DNA from: Octopus vulgaris
Lineage: Eukaryota
NCBI GenBank assembly: GCA_951406725.2
Contig: OX597828.1
Location: 72,788,001-72,852,000, forward strand
Length of the DNA stretch: 64,000 nt
Direction of reading: 5' to 3'
Position numbers and translations under genes: made by a program. Under the pieces are notes generated by a model. It was not told the origin of the DNA, ran no database searches, and saw only the letters and a program-made list of their open reading frames with translations. Of the stretch, positions 14,755-28,394 are shown piece by piece. Each line of letters begins with the position of its first letter. The first letter of the stretch is position 1.

Positions 14755-16345
14755 CAAAATGCTTAGCGATATTTCGTCCGTCTTTACGTTCTGGATTCAA
14801 ATTCCGCCGAGGTCGACTTTGCTTTTCATCCAACGGCGCTCGATAAAGTAAGTATCAGTTGTACAGTGAGGTTGATGTAATCGACCTTCTCCTGCCAGAA
14901 ATTGTTGGCCTTGTGCTAGAGTTTGAAACCAATGCTCTTAACACAGGTTGACACCAGAATCATTGGCAAGACGAGCAAAATACTCTGTGGCCTTTCTTCC
15001 AGCACTTTACGCTCTGAATTGAAAAGCCGACGAGGGCAACGTAACCTTGCAGCCTTTGGGGGTTAATAAAATAAAGCACCAGACAAGATGTAAACGACTT
15101 GCAATCTACACTCAAACCTACTGGCCCTGGGCCAAATTTAGAAAGAATTAGTCTTGTTCCTTAATCCGAAGGAAGAAAAGAAGTGGAACTTCGTTCATTT
15201 GAAACCAATATTTCAGTTTTAAAAGAATTACAAAGCGACAAATACATTTTCAAAGGAATAACAAACTATTTTTTTTCTGTATTTTGTTCTACTTTATCTG
15301 TATTTAACCTAACACTACACATCTAATGGTAGTTTCTAGTTTAGCCCCACGACCAGCAATTTTGAGGATGATTAGGGTTAGTCGATAACTTTGACCCCGC
15401 CACTGATTTGTACTATATTCTATCGACCTCGGGAAAGATAAAATGCGAAGTTAATTTGAACTCAGGACGTAATGAATCGGAAGACACACCGCGAGACATT
15501 TTGTCTGACGCACTCTACATTGTACACACATTGTAATAATCCTTTAAGGCGGTGACCTGGCTGAAACGTTAGCACGTCGGGTGAAATGCTTGGCGGCATT
15601 TCGTCTGTCTTTACGTTCTGAGTTCAAACTTCGCCGAGGTCGACTTTGTCTTTCATCCTTTCGGAGCCGATAAATTAAGTACCAGTTGCATACTGGAGTC
15701 GATCTAATCGACTGGCCCTTTTGGAATCGATAAAGTAAGTACCAGTTATGTACTGGGGTCGATCTAATCGACTGGCTCCCAAGAGTAGAAAAGATTATAA
15801 TAATTCTTTCTTAATTTGGCACAGTTTCGAGGAAAGGGGTACAATCAATATCGTTCATCCCAGTACTTGCCTGGAGGGGTGTGAGGTAAAGTTTACTCGG
15901 GTGGAATTTGGACTTAGAACGCGCTAAGAATTTTCTTCTCCGCATTAAGGATTCTGCTGGTTCACCAGATTTACACAACTAATAATCGTTTATACTAAAG
16001 GCACATAGCCTGAAATTTGGGAGAAGGGGACTAGTCGATTACGTGGACCCAAGTGTTTGACTGGTACTTAATTTATCTATGTCGAAATGATGAAAGGTAA
16101 AGTCGACATCGGTGGAATTCGATCTCAGAACGTAGCGACGGGCGAAATACCTATTTCTTTACTACCCACAAGGGGCTAAACACGGAGAGGACAAACCGAT
16201 TAAGTCGATTATATCTAACCCAGTGCGTAACTGGTACTTATTTAATCGACCCCGAAAGGATGAAAGGCAAAGTCGACCTCGGCGGAATTTGAACTCAGAA
16301 GGTAGCGGCCAACGAAATCCCGCTAAGCGTTTCGTCCAGCGTGTA
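14755..16345. mobile_element. Cluster of SINE family A copies in both orientations
   Basis: + copies at about 14755-14930 and 15545-15800; - copies at about 15330-15510 and 15990-16345. Confidence 0.8.
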
Positions 16346-16527
16346 AACCATTCAGCTTCATCTCACTCCTCAACATCAGCATTTATACCATCCATTTGTG
16401 GATCAAACATTCTGCCTGTTTAATGTTTAAACCGGTCAGATCTTTGCTCTCACATCTAGGCTCCAATGTCATTCTAAAAATATACAATCGCATCATCGAA
16501 AACTCGAAATTACGAGATAACGCATGA

Positions 16528-17365
16528 TTAACCCTTTAGCATTTAAACGAGCCATATCCGGCCCAGATATTCTGTTTTATGTTCAAACCGGCCAGATCCA
16601 GCCTCTCGAATCTCTCCCTTGACACCAAACTTACAATCACATTATCGAAATCACAAAATCTACGGGGTAGTCTTTTCTACTCCAGGCACAAGGCCCGAAA
16701 TCTTTTGCTTGGGGTGGGGAGCCAGTCGATTACATCGATCCTAGTATGCAACTGTTACTTAATTTATCAACCCCGAAATGATGAAAGGCAGAATTTGAAC
16801 CCACCACTAAAAATATTAAATGCCGAATCAGTTGTATTATTAAAGCGTCAGTTGAATTTCAGTTACTCTTTTTACTGCAGCTCGCAGCTTTGTGGGTTCG
16901 AATCCTATAGAAGTCATGTTTGCTTTTTCTCCTTTTTCGTTTTGGCATCGATAAATAGAGAACCAGTCGAGTACTAAGTTCAATTATTCTCTCAGTCGGG
17001 ATCCACCAAGTTGCTCTCTGCGAGAGAAGACCATTAAGAATTATTCCCAGAATCGCTTTCTCCAAAATCAGTGAAGCAGGGAGTGAGAGTGGTGGGGGAT
17101 GAAAACAAACACAAAGTCACACACACACACATAGATATATACATCTGTATATACTACGAGCTTCTTTCAGTTTCCGTCCATCAAATCCGCTTACATGGCT
17201 TTGGTCGGCCGGGGGCTATGGTAGAAAACAGAAAGCCAAGGTGTCACGCTAACGTTTCAGCCAGCTCGCCGCCAGAAAACCACGAGATAATGCATCTTTA
17301 ATGTAAAACGACACGAATAACTGAAGCATTGCATTTGACAGAGTAATGTGAATGCTAAAGAGCTT
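16528..17365 (+). mobile_element. TTAA-CCC (piggyBac-like) MITE interrupted by nested SINE fragments
   Basis: Left end TTAACCCTTTAGCATT (16528) and decayed right end AATGCTAAAGAG (17351). The internal sequence resembles 16410-16530 and resumes at about 17280 after SINE and microsatellite insertions. Confidence 0.45.
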
Positions 17366-17817
17366 CCGTCAGCGCAGTCGTTAGTTTTGTTTGTCTCCCC
17401 CTCGCAACTAAATTAGTGTTGTGTGATTAAAGATGCAACAGATCAATATCTATCAATTATACAAATACAATATTTTATTAGAGCTAATGACTTATATTGA
17501 CCAAGGAACTTCTCTCGAATTAAACCCCGCCATTGATATTTGTTTTGGACTTTTCCCGCGCTTCTCGTGGCTTCACTCATTGGGTTGTGGTTACACCGAA
17601 ACACCGACTCCGAGGGATTTAATCGATCAGATTGATTATATTGATCTAGTATTTATTTCAGCTTGTTTCCTATTTTCCTCATCTCTATTTATCGATGTCA
17701 CGGCTCATAAACGACAAAAACATAATCAAAATGATGGTTTGAAGCGGGATAAGCGTAAAACAAACATGGCCACATGTACGCACGCACAAATCACATGCGG
17801 AGATATACACACGTATG

Positions 17818-17862
<45 letters not shown>

Positions 17863-17864
<2 letters not shown>

Positions 17865-18377
17865 TCTATATATAAAACTGTAGTTGTGTGAGTGTCTGTC
17901 CCCTTCGATTTAGATTCCTAACTACTCCCACATTTTGCGGTGCAGATTAACCAAATTCGGGTATCTTATAGTCGTGATTCATATCGAAGCCCGTCTGAGT
18001 ATTAGCGCGCGTCTACGATGAGTCTACGATTTTAAAAAATAATTTAACATCATTTTTTATTCCATTTTAATGCATAATTTTTCGTGTGTCGATGGCGGCG
18101 GAGTTGGCGTCCATGGTCACACCTGCACCTGTTTGCTTCTCCCCCTTCTTCCCTCCCTCGTGAAGCTGAGGCGAAGGGAGTGTAAGGAAATCAACGTCGT
18201 AAAGCGTTGTCAAGGAGACCAGCGTTCTTTTAGAACAACGACTTCATGGCTTGAAGACACCAAAATAGAAATGGCTAAGAAAGCCCGAATTGGCATCTAT
18301 AAGGGAAGTAACTCTCTAAAAATGCTTATATAGTTATTTCCCTTACAAACCCGAGCAACGCCGGGCGATACTGCTAG
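17863..18377 (+). mobile_element. Non-autonomous Helitron
   Basis: A|TC...CTAG|T ends and a subterminal hairpin CCCGAGCAACGCCGGG. Both termini are shared with the copy at 10345. Confidence 0.8.
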
Positions 18378-18454
18378 TATATATATATAACACGTATCTT
18401 TCTCTCTCTTTCTATTTGTATATATATATATATGTATATATACACACACACACA

Positions 18455-18506
<52 letters not shown>

Positions 18507-18516
18507 CATATATATG

Positions 18517-18556
<40 letters not shown>

Positions 18557-18609
18557 CATACATATACATATATATATATATTATGTATATATATATATAT
18601 TTACATATA

Positions 18610-18649
<40 letters not shown>

Positions 18650-18650
18650 C

Positions 18651-18695
<45 letters not shown>

Positions 18696-18713
18696 ATTTA
18701 TTATATAGAAGGA

Positions 18714-18762
18714 GCTTCTACAGGACTAGTACTGTTTCATTCAAGAGAAATCTTCAGGAAGC
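18714..18762 (-). ncRNA. Minimal type-I hammerhead ribozyme motif, antisense to the TRPC intron
   Basis: Minus strand reads GCTTC-CTGAAGA-T TTC(TCTT)GAA T-GAAA-CAG(TACTAGTC)CTG-TA-GAAGC: perfect 5-bp stem I, full core, near-palindromic loop 3, GUA triplet. Stem II is closed by a non-canonical U-U. Confidence 0.7.
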
Positions 18763-18800
<38 letters not shown>

Positions 18801-19064
18801 GTATTATCTTTCTCTTTCTCTTTCTCTTTTACTTGTTTCAGTCATTTGACTGCGGCCATGCTGGAGCACCGCCTTTAATCGAGCAACTCGATCCCGGGAC
18901 TTATACTTTTGTAAGCCCAGTACTTATTCTATCGGTCTCCTTTGCCGAACCGCTAAGTGACGGGGACGTAGTATATATAGTTAATAAAAACGGAGAAAAG
19001 AGACAAGAAAACAACAATCTCGACGACGTGGTACATGCAAAGTATTAATAAGTATATGCATGAA

Positions 19065-19275
19065 GGCGGCGAGATGGTCGAAAAGTTAGTACGCCAGGGG
19101 GAAATGCTTAGCGGCATTTTGTCTGTCTTTACGTTCTTTAACGTTCCGCTGTGGCGACTTTGCCTTTCATCCTTTCGGGTTCGATAAATTAAGTACCAGC
19201 TGCGTACTGGCGTCGATTTAATCGATTGGCCCCCTCACCAAAAGTTTCTGGCCTTTTGCCTAAAGTAGAAAAGAG
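19065..19275 (+). mobile_element. SINE family A copy
   Basis: Head AAGGCGGCGAG...GAAATGCTTAGCGG, core domain, and tail GCCTAAAGTAGAAAAGA. Confidence 0.8.
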
Positions 19276-19317
19276 TGTATGCGTGCAATGTATTAATATA
19301 TACACATATATATATAT

Positions 19318-19369
<52 letters not shown>

Positions 19370-19911
19370 ACACATATTTTGTTATCTGGGGAGAGACTTT
19401 CTGTCTTAATGCCTTATTAATCAACGCACTCACCGGTTCAATTTCCGCTCATTTACTTATCTATATTTAAAAAAATTTTTGTTGCTTCTCGAAGCCTCTC
19501 CAAGGGATGCGTTTCTTTTTGTTTGTGTGTATGTGTGTACGTCAATGTGCATAGGTGTATACACTTATGTATGTATGCATGCCTTCGTGTGTGTGTATGT
19601 ATGTGTGTGTGTATGTATGTGTGTATGTATGTGTGTGTGTATGTATGTGTGTGTACATATATTGTGTCTCCTTGTCTGTGCATGTTTGAGTGTGTCTTTG
19701 CGCATGGGCTTGGGTGTATATATATATATATATGTATATATATGTGTGTATATATATGAATACATAAATGTATAAATATATATACTATATATATATATAT
19801 ATATATATACATATGTATTTATAAATATATACACATATATGCATATATCTATACATACATTTATACACCCCACTATACTTACATATATATATGTATTTAT
19901 ATATATATATG

Positions 19912-19966
<55 letters not shown>

Positions 19967-20368
19967 TTGGCCTGGCATCAGCCTACAAAATTATGCAAAT
20001 TTACTTTGCCTAAACTTACAACTAATGTGCGTTTTTTTTTATGCTACATATAAAGATGTAATTTTCTGACGACCAGCCATATTGAGACGGTTCCCTTCTG
20101 ACGAGGTTCAACAGAGCGAAACCAGAGTACATAGTTGTCCGTTCCCTGCAACAATGATCAGATTATCTTTCCCCTATCATATAAGTTAATAAGGAATAGT
20201 TGCTATCGATTACTTTTAGGATTTTGATTTCTGCGTTTCAGTCACTTTGGAAAATTTTCAAAATAAGAACTCTATTATACACGTGATCAGCTTTTAATCA
20301 ATCAACCAATAGATACTTACATTCACACATACACACAATATATGTATGTATATATACATACACACACA

Positions 20369-20404
<36 letters not shown>

Positions 20405-21074
20405 TAGATAGATACACACACGCATACATATATATATATATACGAATGCATATATATATATATATGCATAAAACGAATCTCAGTTGTGACCGAGCGTATA
20501 GCGGAATACAGGTAAAAAAAAATTTATATTTCTAAGTGACAGACACTATGATCGAACCCGGAAAAATTTAGTTTCGAAGCCAAAACGGCACTGAATGAGT
20601 GTACAGTAGATACTCGTATATCACACGCCATACATCGTCCAACAGATATTCAATTCTGTGTTCAGTCTAGAGTCAAGTTAAAGAAATCTATTGTCGCTTG
20701 TTTTATTTCATAGACACAATGATACTGGAATTTATATTCTCTATTAAAATCTAATTTATTTACAGTTAATTTTGTTTACTTTCAACATTCTTATTGAATA
20801 TTCTTCGGTTAAGGCATTTTAAGTTCTATATATTCATCGAGGTATTAATTTTCAATTTAAATTTTTTAGTTCATTTTATAAAATTCAGGCCATACTTTCT
20901 TTGGTGGTTAGCTATAATTAAGTGAAAAGTTTAATCAATATTTTCCTTACTCGTCTAATGCCATTTTTTGCCAATTTAGATTTTTTGTCTTTTAATTATA
21001 ATATCAACAATATTCCAAACTGATAGGAAACTATTTGGTGTACCAAATCTTTTTTTATGCTACCTCTATACGTT

Positions 21075-21460
21075 GTGAGGAGGCGCAATGGCCCAGTGGT
21101 TAGGGCAGCGGACTCGCGGTCATAGGATCGCGGTTTCGATTCCCAGACCGGGCGTTCTGAGTGTTTATTGAGCGAAAACACCTAAAGCTCCACGAGGCTC
21201 CGGCAGGGGATGGTGGTGATCCCTGCTGTACTCTTTCACCACAACTTTCTCTCACTCTTACTTCCTGTTTCTGTTGTACCTGTATTTCAAAGGGCCGGCC
21301 TTGTCACTATCTGTGTCACGCTGAATATCCCCGAGAACTACGTTAAGGGTACACGTGTCTGTGGAGTGCTCAGCCACTTACACGTTAATTTCACGAGCAG
21401 GCTGTTCCGTTGATTCGGATCAACCGGAACCCTCATCGTCGTAACCGACGGAGTGCTTCA
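21075..21460 (+). mobile_element. tRNA-derived SINE family C, apparently full length
   Basis: A-box TGGCCCAGTGG and B-box GGTTTCGATTCCC. The 3' module ACGTTAAGGGTACACGTGTCTGTGGAG...CGTCGTAACCGACGGAG is shared with the minus-strand copy at 38515-38800. Confidence 0.75.
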
Positions 21461-22204
21461 AGAAGACGTTGTGAAGATGTGTGTGTGTGTGTGTGTGTAA
21501 AGGGTGGTCTGTGTTTGTGTGTTCTGTTTTGGAACGGTGAAATCTACTGTTCCAAGAAAGAATTATTTTACGTTTTCTCGAAATTCATAAAATTTCTTAT
21601 GACGTTAAAATGGATAGTGCAATTCAAAGGACTGCTTTAGTCTTATTGCAGAACACCTATCATAATTTACAGGAGATGTAGGTTCGAGTCCAAGGAATAC
21701 CTTCAACTTTTTGTATCCAAAGGGTTATTTTAACCCATAATTTACCCGCTATTTTCTTTATAGATTTATCTGCTTCGAGATCCACCATAAGCCAAAAAAT
21801 TAAAAATAAAATCTCTCGAAGTCTGCAAATTTTTATAGATATATATTTGAAAGGGATTACATTCTGTAGATTATTCTTAAAGCCGTCGCAGACAAGCCAT
21901 GCTGGAGCATCCGGTTCAGTTATATTCAGATTCAATTGTTTAGAGTCTCGTAGTTCTGTTTTTATCCAGATATTTTATGGATAATATAACATTTGAAAAA
22001 GCTGAGATTTTATTGTTGCGGATGTAGCATTGACATTCTCAAATCTGTGTTTCTCATTAATGATTTAATTGGATGTCTAACTCTAAAACGTTTAATTGTT
22101 GGTATGACATTTCGGATTAGATAATCATACATAATAGCTTCCTTGTGTCGAGATTACGGTGCAAAACATCTACCATATTCTTGTCTTAATAATTGTGATT
22201 TTCC

Positions 22205-22805
22205 TTAAGGCCCCGACGTGGCAGAAGCGTTGGCACGCCAGGAGAAATGCTGAGCGGTTTTTCGTCTGCCGTTACGTTCTGAGTTCGAATTCAGCCGAGG
22301 TCGACTTTGCCTTTCATCCTTTCGGAGTCGATAAATTAAGTACCAGTTGCGTACTGGGGTCGATATAATCGACTGTGCCCCCTCCCCTAAAATTTCGGGC
22401 CTTGTGCTTAGAGTAGAAAAAAATTAAACGTCATGTCCTCCCCTATTTACGCATATTTTTAAATACGTTCTGAGTTCAAATTCCGCCGAGGTCGACTTTG
22501 CCTTTCATCCTTTCGGGGTCGATAAATTAAGTACCAGTTGCGTACTTGGGTCGATCTATTCGACTGGTCCCCTTCCCCAAGATTTCGAGCCTAGAGAAGA
22601 AAAGAATCATTAGCACGCCAGGCAAAATGCTTAGCGGTATTTCATCCGTCTTTACGTTCTGAGTTCAAATTCCACCGAGGTCGACTTCGCTTTTCATCCT
22701 TCCTAGATCGATAAAATACGTGCCAGGTGAGCACAGGGGGAGGTCAATGAAATCGATTTATCCTTCCACTGAATTTGCTGGCCTTGTACCAAAATTTAAA
22801 ACCAA
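22205..22805 (+). mobile_element. Three consecutive SINE family A copies
   Basis: Core domain at about 22280, 22470 and 22660. Confidence 0.85.
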
Positions 22806-23670
22806 GAGTTGTAACTTCCATTCAATATAATGCAATTAGTTGAATATTGTTTCAACGCATCGGGCATGGCTGTATTGTCCAGACACTCACTTTACGACCA
22901 CGTAGTTTGAAGTTCAACCCCACTGCGCAGTGTTTTTTAGCAAACATATTATAGCCTTGAACCGACGAATATCGTCTGAGTGAATTTAGTAAACGGAAAC
23001 TATGTGGAAGATCGTCGTGTATGTGTGTGTTTGAGTTTGTTCCTCCATCGTTTGAAAACCAGTGTTGGTTTGTTTACATCCTCGTAATTTATGATTCGGG
23101 AAAAGAAATCGATAGAATACGTACCAGACTTTAAAAAGTGCTGCGGTAGATTTGTTTGACAAAAATCTTTAAGGCAGTGCCCCAGTATGGTTTCGGTGCA
23201 ATGACTGAAACAAGAAAATGATGAAAGATTTCGTTGTGTGCTATATAGATTACAGCCACGGGAAAAGTAAGGTTCATTGGAGTAATTTGTCGTGAGGAGG
23301 AAGCGTTTTCAGAGTTTTGTATGTTTCCTTAACTTGCAATTAAATTTGCGTTCGCCTAGTGAACACTTTGGTAAATTCAATATTCCCTCTTTGAGAAAGA
23401 ACATATATCCGAAACGTTAAGTTTTTGTTTTCTCTCGTTCGGAAAATAAATTCACAGAACTCTTCTACAAACTCTCATATTGATGCATATTTCTTGAACT
23501 GACCATTAGTATTTTCATAAAATCCGATTTGTGCATATCAAAGACAGGTTAATCCCTGTCACAGAGCTTGTTCAATCTTATCTAATCTGACTTGATACAT
23601 CGAATATCGAATTAAAGGGAAAGGACAGTTTTCATTGTAAGAATATATGTATGTGTAGATATATGTGTTT

Positions 23671-23707
<37 letters not shown>

Positions 23708-23764
23708 TACACGTGTGCGTATATTTGCGTGTGTGTGTGTATGCATGTGTGTATTCATTCTTCT

Positions 23765-24232
23765 TTTATTCTTTTACTTGTGTCTGCCATTTGACTACCG
23801 CCATGCTGGAGCATCATCTTGAGGGGTGTTAGTCGAATAAATCGACCCCAGGACTTATTCTTTGTAAGCCTAGTACTTATTTTATCGGCACCTTTTGCCG
23901 AACCGCTAAGTTACGGGGACGTAAATACACCAACGTCAGTTGTCAAGCGATAGTGGCGACAAACACAAGAACACACACTCAAATATATATATGTATGTGT
24001 GAATATATATATATGTGTTTATATATGTGTATATTTATATATGTATATATGTATATATACATATACATATATACGACGATGGACTTTCAGTTTCCGTCTA
24101 CCAGATCCATTCACAAGGCTTTGTTCTGCCCGACGCTATAGTGGAAAACACTTGCCCAATGTAACACGCAGTAAGACTGAACCCGAAACCATGTGCTTCG
24201 GAAGCAAGCTTCTTACCACACAGCCACGCCTT
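23765..24232 (-). mobile_element. SINE family B copy
   Basis: Reverse complement of the family B head and tail around an internal microsatellite. Other copies: 22860-23228 (+), and 3' halves at 18825-18970, 26040-26262 and 33430-33620. Confidence 0.75.
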
Positions 24233-24329
24233 CGCCAATATATGTATATGACATAGACGCACACACACAAATATATGCGTATATAGTTCAACATACATAT
24301 ATAAGTGCAATATTTGCACACCATCAGAG

Positions 24330-24755
24330 TTATGTCCTGAAGTCAGTGGGTGTCTGAGATTTTGCACCATACACGTTACCCGGGCGACCTGACGTAAGTT
24401 GGTCAAGCCTAGGCTAGTGTCCAAATGGTATGCAACTGACACCAATAATCACTCTCCTTTTAACCAGACTAATTTAGATATATTCTCAGCAGTCACTATG
24501 TTTTCCTTGATGACTCTTCTGCTCGTTCCAGTAAGGCCCGTCCTTCCATAGGCCTTATTCAAAGAACCATCTGCTAACCTTCGCAAACAAACATCTGATT
24601 GTCTACCCGTTCTTGCAGCAGTCCTCCAGGAACTCCTGCAACTTAACTCTGTTCGTTTCCTCCACCCTCTCTCTACACAGAGAACAGTTGTTGTCTTGGA
24701 AGCCAACACGATATCTGGTCTCAGTAATTCTGGGTGACATCTTGGGAACTTGTAA
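24330..24755 (-). mobile_element. 3' relic of a restriction-like-endonuclease non-LTR retrotransposon (HERO-like)
   Basis: Frameshifted pieces LRPDIVLAS..., ERVEETNRVK.QEFLEDCCKNG and AYG..GLTGTSRRVIK.N..AENISKLVWLK resemble the PD-(D/E)xK C-terminus of HERO-type elements (recognised by eye). Confidence 0.6.
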
Positions 24756-24860
24756 CCACATACACTCACATATGTACAAAATTATACTCATAATACAGCT
24801 AGCACGCTAACAACGCCGGTTAATGGAGTCAGGCCTGCCTTATACATAAATAAATACGAT

Positions 24861-25275
24861 AAATGCTCATGCAGAGAAAAATCAAAATGCCCTTTGATGG
24901 ATCTCTGTATGAGTACAAATCTTGTATATAAATGTACTGTGCACACAAGGGAAGGGCCCTGTGTTTACATTGGGCAGATGGCTGATTCATTTAAGAATCG
25001 TTATCGTAACCATGTTGCCAGCTCTAAGACAATCATTAAGAGACATTCAACATCTTTGGCAGATTTTGTATGTCGACTGAAGGAGGATAAAACGAAGTAC
25101 AGCATGAATTGGTCCATAGTAAGGTATGCAAAACCATACAATATAATTTCCAAGAGATGCCGTCTCTACTCCGAGGAATCCCTGTCTATTCTGTGAACTA
25201 ACAAGAAGATCATTAATAGAATTTCTGAACGACTCTTGTGATGCCTGCACGCATATAAATGTACTTTCGCACAAT
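24861..25275 (+). mobile_element. Penelope-like retroelement relic, GIY-YIG endonuclease domain (Neptune-like)
   Basis: Translates KCSCREKSKCPL..C.STNLVYKCTV...VYIGQ...FKNRYRNH...STSLADFV..LKE...NWSIV..AKPY....RCRL..EE.L.I*...INR.SE...CLH. This is a Cys-rich linker plus VY/YIG and R..H motifs of PLE endonucleases, with in-frame stops. Confidence 0.8.
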
Positions 25276-25639
25276 GCAATGAGAATGAATTTTGAGTAAC
25301 CGTTAATTTAATTTAATTTACTTTAAGGTATGGATGACTTAAGTTTACTTTTAACCTCTCCATTCTCATAAACACCAAGTAAATAACTAACTCACTTTGT
25401 GATCAGGAGTGCACCAAACTTCACATGTGCGTATGCTCACATTTTTGCGGATGCTTGTATCAGCGAGTGGACTCGTGCCATGTAGCTTTCCCGAGGGCGT
25501 TTATACATCCATATCTGTTAACGGTGGTTTTTAATACTTTTTCTCGCTGGATTATGTGTTCGTTTCTCTTTTTGTCGTCTGCAATTTTATGTTTGACCTT
25601 CTACATAATTGAAGATATTTCCTCCGTCTGGCTGTTTTT

Positions 25640-25986
25640 CTACAATAGCGACAGCATGAGTTTCTTCCATCTTCTTACTGTGTTAAAATATTAAAAAAAA
25701 AATTATATTAATGTGTCCTACTTGTTAAAAAATTCTATATTTTGTGGAGTTGAAGAAAACACTGCATTTAAATTGATGTAATGACTGCAGTGTTCAATTA
25801 AATGAAGTCTCTTGAAACGGTCGTACTGCATTTCTACGTATTTTGATTATATAATGAAAATACGTAGTTATCTTCAACTCCACAAAATATAGAATGTTTT
25901 AACAAGTAGGACACATTAATATAATTGTTCTTAAATATTTTCACACAGAAGGAAGATGGAAGAAGTTCACACTGTCGCCATTGTAG
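25640..25986. repeat. Inverted repeat with ~117-bp arms just 3' of the PLE relic (probable inverted pLTR)
   Basis: 25640-25756 is the imperfect reverse complement of 25871-25986. The spacer contains the decayed hammerhead-like TGCAG...ATGA AGTCTCTT GAAA CGGTCG TA CTGCA (25786-25830). Confidence 0.85.
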
Positions 25987-27059
25987 CAAAGTGGCTAAGA
26001 ATAGACTACCATTTCTTAGAATCGCATGTAGCAGATATGGAGTGTGCCTTTGTGTTTGTGATTGACCCCATCACATCTTAACAACCGGTGTTGCTGTGTT
26101 TACGTCTCCGAAACCTTGCGGTTCGGATCAAAAGACCGATAGAAAAATTACCAGGCTTTTAAAAGTTAAGTAGTGGAGTAGATTCATTCGACTAAATATT
26201 GTTCAAGTCGATGTGGCAACATGGCCGCAGTCTAATGACTGAAAGAAGCAGAACATAAAAAGTTGTATGTGTGTCTAGTGTGTGTGTTTGTGCGTGTGTG
26301 TGTGTATGCGTGTTTGTGTATATATTTGTGTGTTCGTGTGCGTTTGTATGTGTTTCTGTGTGTATTTGTGTATTTGTATGTGTGTATATGTGTGTGTGTT
26401 TGTGTGTGCTTGTGTGTGTGTTTGTATGTCCGTATGGGTTTGTCTGTGTGTGTTTGTGTGTGATTGCTTGTGTGTGTTCGTCTGAGTGTATGTGTGTTTG
26501 TATCTGTACGTGTGTATGTTACACTTTCTCAGAAACCATACATTTTCGACTCCATTCCAACACAATCCGCTAAATTTTGAAATAAAATTCGTGTTATTCT
26601 TTATAAAATTGATAATCTTGCCGAATATTTCCATCGCAGTTATTTTTAAATATCATTAAATTTACAAATGTTGCTTAATGTGGTGTCAAACATGGTAGGC
26701 ATTGGTGTAGGAGAGTGGCAGAGATAGAAATGAAAGAGAAAACTAGACGTGGGATTGTTATGGATAGAATAATTAGGGTGAAAACTTTGTTAATTATGAT
26801 TAAAAACGGAATTATTTCCATGTGGGAATATCTGAAATGTTAATGGATGCTACTGATCATGTTACGTGGTTATGAAAAATATAATATTGATTCTATAAAA
26901 AAGACTAAATTAGATCCAAACGAAGGGAGAAAAGAAAATATTGTACATTAATTTTGAGCTTTGTTTGGTAAAACAAATTCAATTAAGTAACTTTGCTCAC
27001 GATATGGTGCGGAATTGGTATTGCAAATAAGCCATTCTCCAAGTGACTACTGTTCGTAT

Positions 27060-28010
27060 ATTGGTTTCAAATGTTGGCACAAGGCCAGCAATTTCGAGGT
27101 AGGGGTAAGTCGATTACACCGATCTCAGAGCTCAACTGGGACTCATTTTATCGACCCAGAAAGAATGTAAAGCAAAATTGGCCTTAGCGGAGTTTGAACT
27201 GAAAACGTAAAGACAGACGAAATGCCGCTAAGCATTTTGCCCAGCGCGGTAACGGTTAATTGTTGCTCTACATATTAGCATTCAATTATGCTTTCTAATT
27301 TTGGCACAATGCCTGGAATTTTAAGGGAGGGATTAAATGGATTAAATCAACTCCAGTGCACAACTGGTACTTATTTTTTCGACCTCGAAAGAATGAGTGG
27401 CAGAGTTGACCTCGGAAGCATTTGAATCCAGAGCATGAAGTTGGTTTCAATAATAACAAAATTGTAAGGCTGCGAACTGGCAGAATCGTTAACACGCCGG
27501 GCGAATTGCTTAGCGGCATTTCGTCCGTCTTTAAATTCTGAGTTCAAATTCCACCGAGATCGACTTTGCCTTTCATCCTTTCGGGTCGATAAATTAAGTA
27601 CCAGTTGCTTACTGAGGTCGATCCAATCGACTGCTTCACTCCTCCAAAATTTCGGGCCTTGTGCCTAGATTAGAAAAGAATAATAATAATATCGTATGGA
27701 GAATATCCAGTGCATTGCCATCCTCTTAATCAATATGGAATCATTTTCCAGTCCACTTGACAGCCATTTCATTCTTCGTTCTTTTCTTTTCTTTTCTTTT
27801 CTACTTTAGATACAAGGCCCGAGATTTTTGGGGAGGGGGCCAGTCGATTAGATCGACCCCAGTACGCCATTGGTACTTAATTTATCGACCGCGAAAGGAT
27901 GAAAGGCAAAGTCCATCTGAGCAGAATTTGAACTCAGAACGTCAAGACAGACGAAATACTGCTAAGCTTGTCGCCCGACGCGCTGACAATTCTGCCAGCT
28001 CGCCGCCTTT
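27060..28010. mobile_element. Four SINE family A copies (-, -, +, -)
   Basis: Core domain or its reverse complement at about 27150, 27380, 27560 and 27890. Confidence 0.85.
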
Positions 28011-28394
28011 TTCTGCCCAACTATTATAACCTCTGTTCCCGAATCTTATCCAGCTAAATACCACCTCTACCGAAGCTTAGTCGATACACTCAGCCCTCTC
28101 ATTTTCTCTTATTTAAATTATACTCCCCTCATTCCAGTGAGGAATTTTTACCAATCTATAATCTCCGGTGCGCCGTCCCTCTGGTTGCCCCAATCTTCCA
28201 TATTTTTCCTGCTGTTGTCTTCCTCCAGTTCTTCAAAACGTCAATCAAACGAGTCTGATTAGGGCGATGTGTTGTCATGAAAATCTGCTAAAAATATTCA
28301 ATAAGGAAACTGAAATCACAAAGCTAAAACTACACACCAATTTATAACCCAAATTATCCAACATATGATTTAGATAGCATGATACAAAGTAATG

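Noticed and set aside
21078-21150. tRNA gene candidates here and at 11030-11095 and 6603-6657
   Set aside because: A/B boxes are present but there is no complete cloverleaf. They continue into repeat bodies, so they are tRNA-derived heads.
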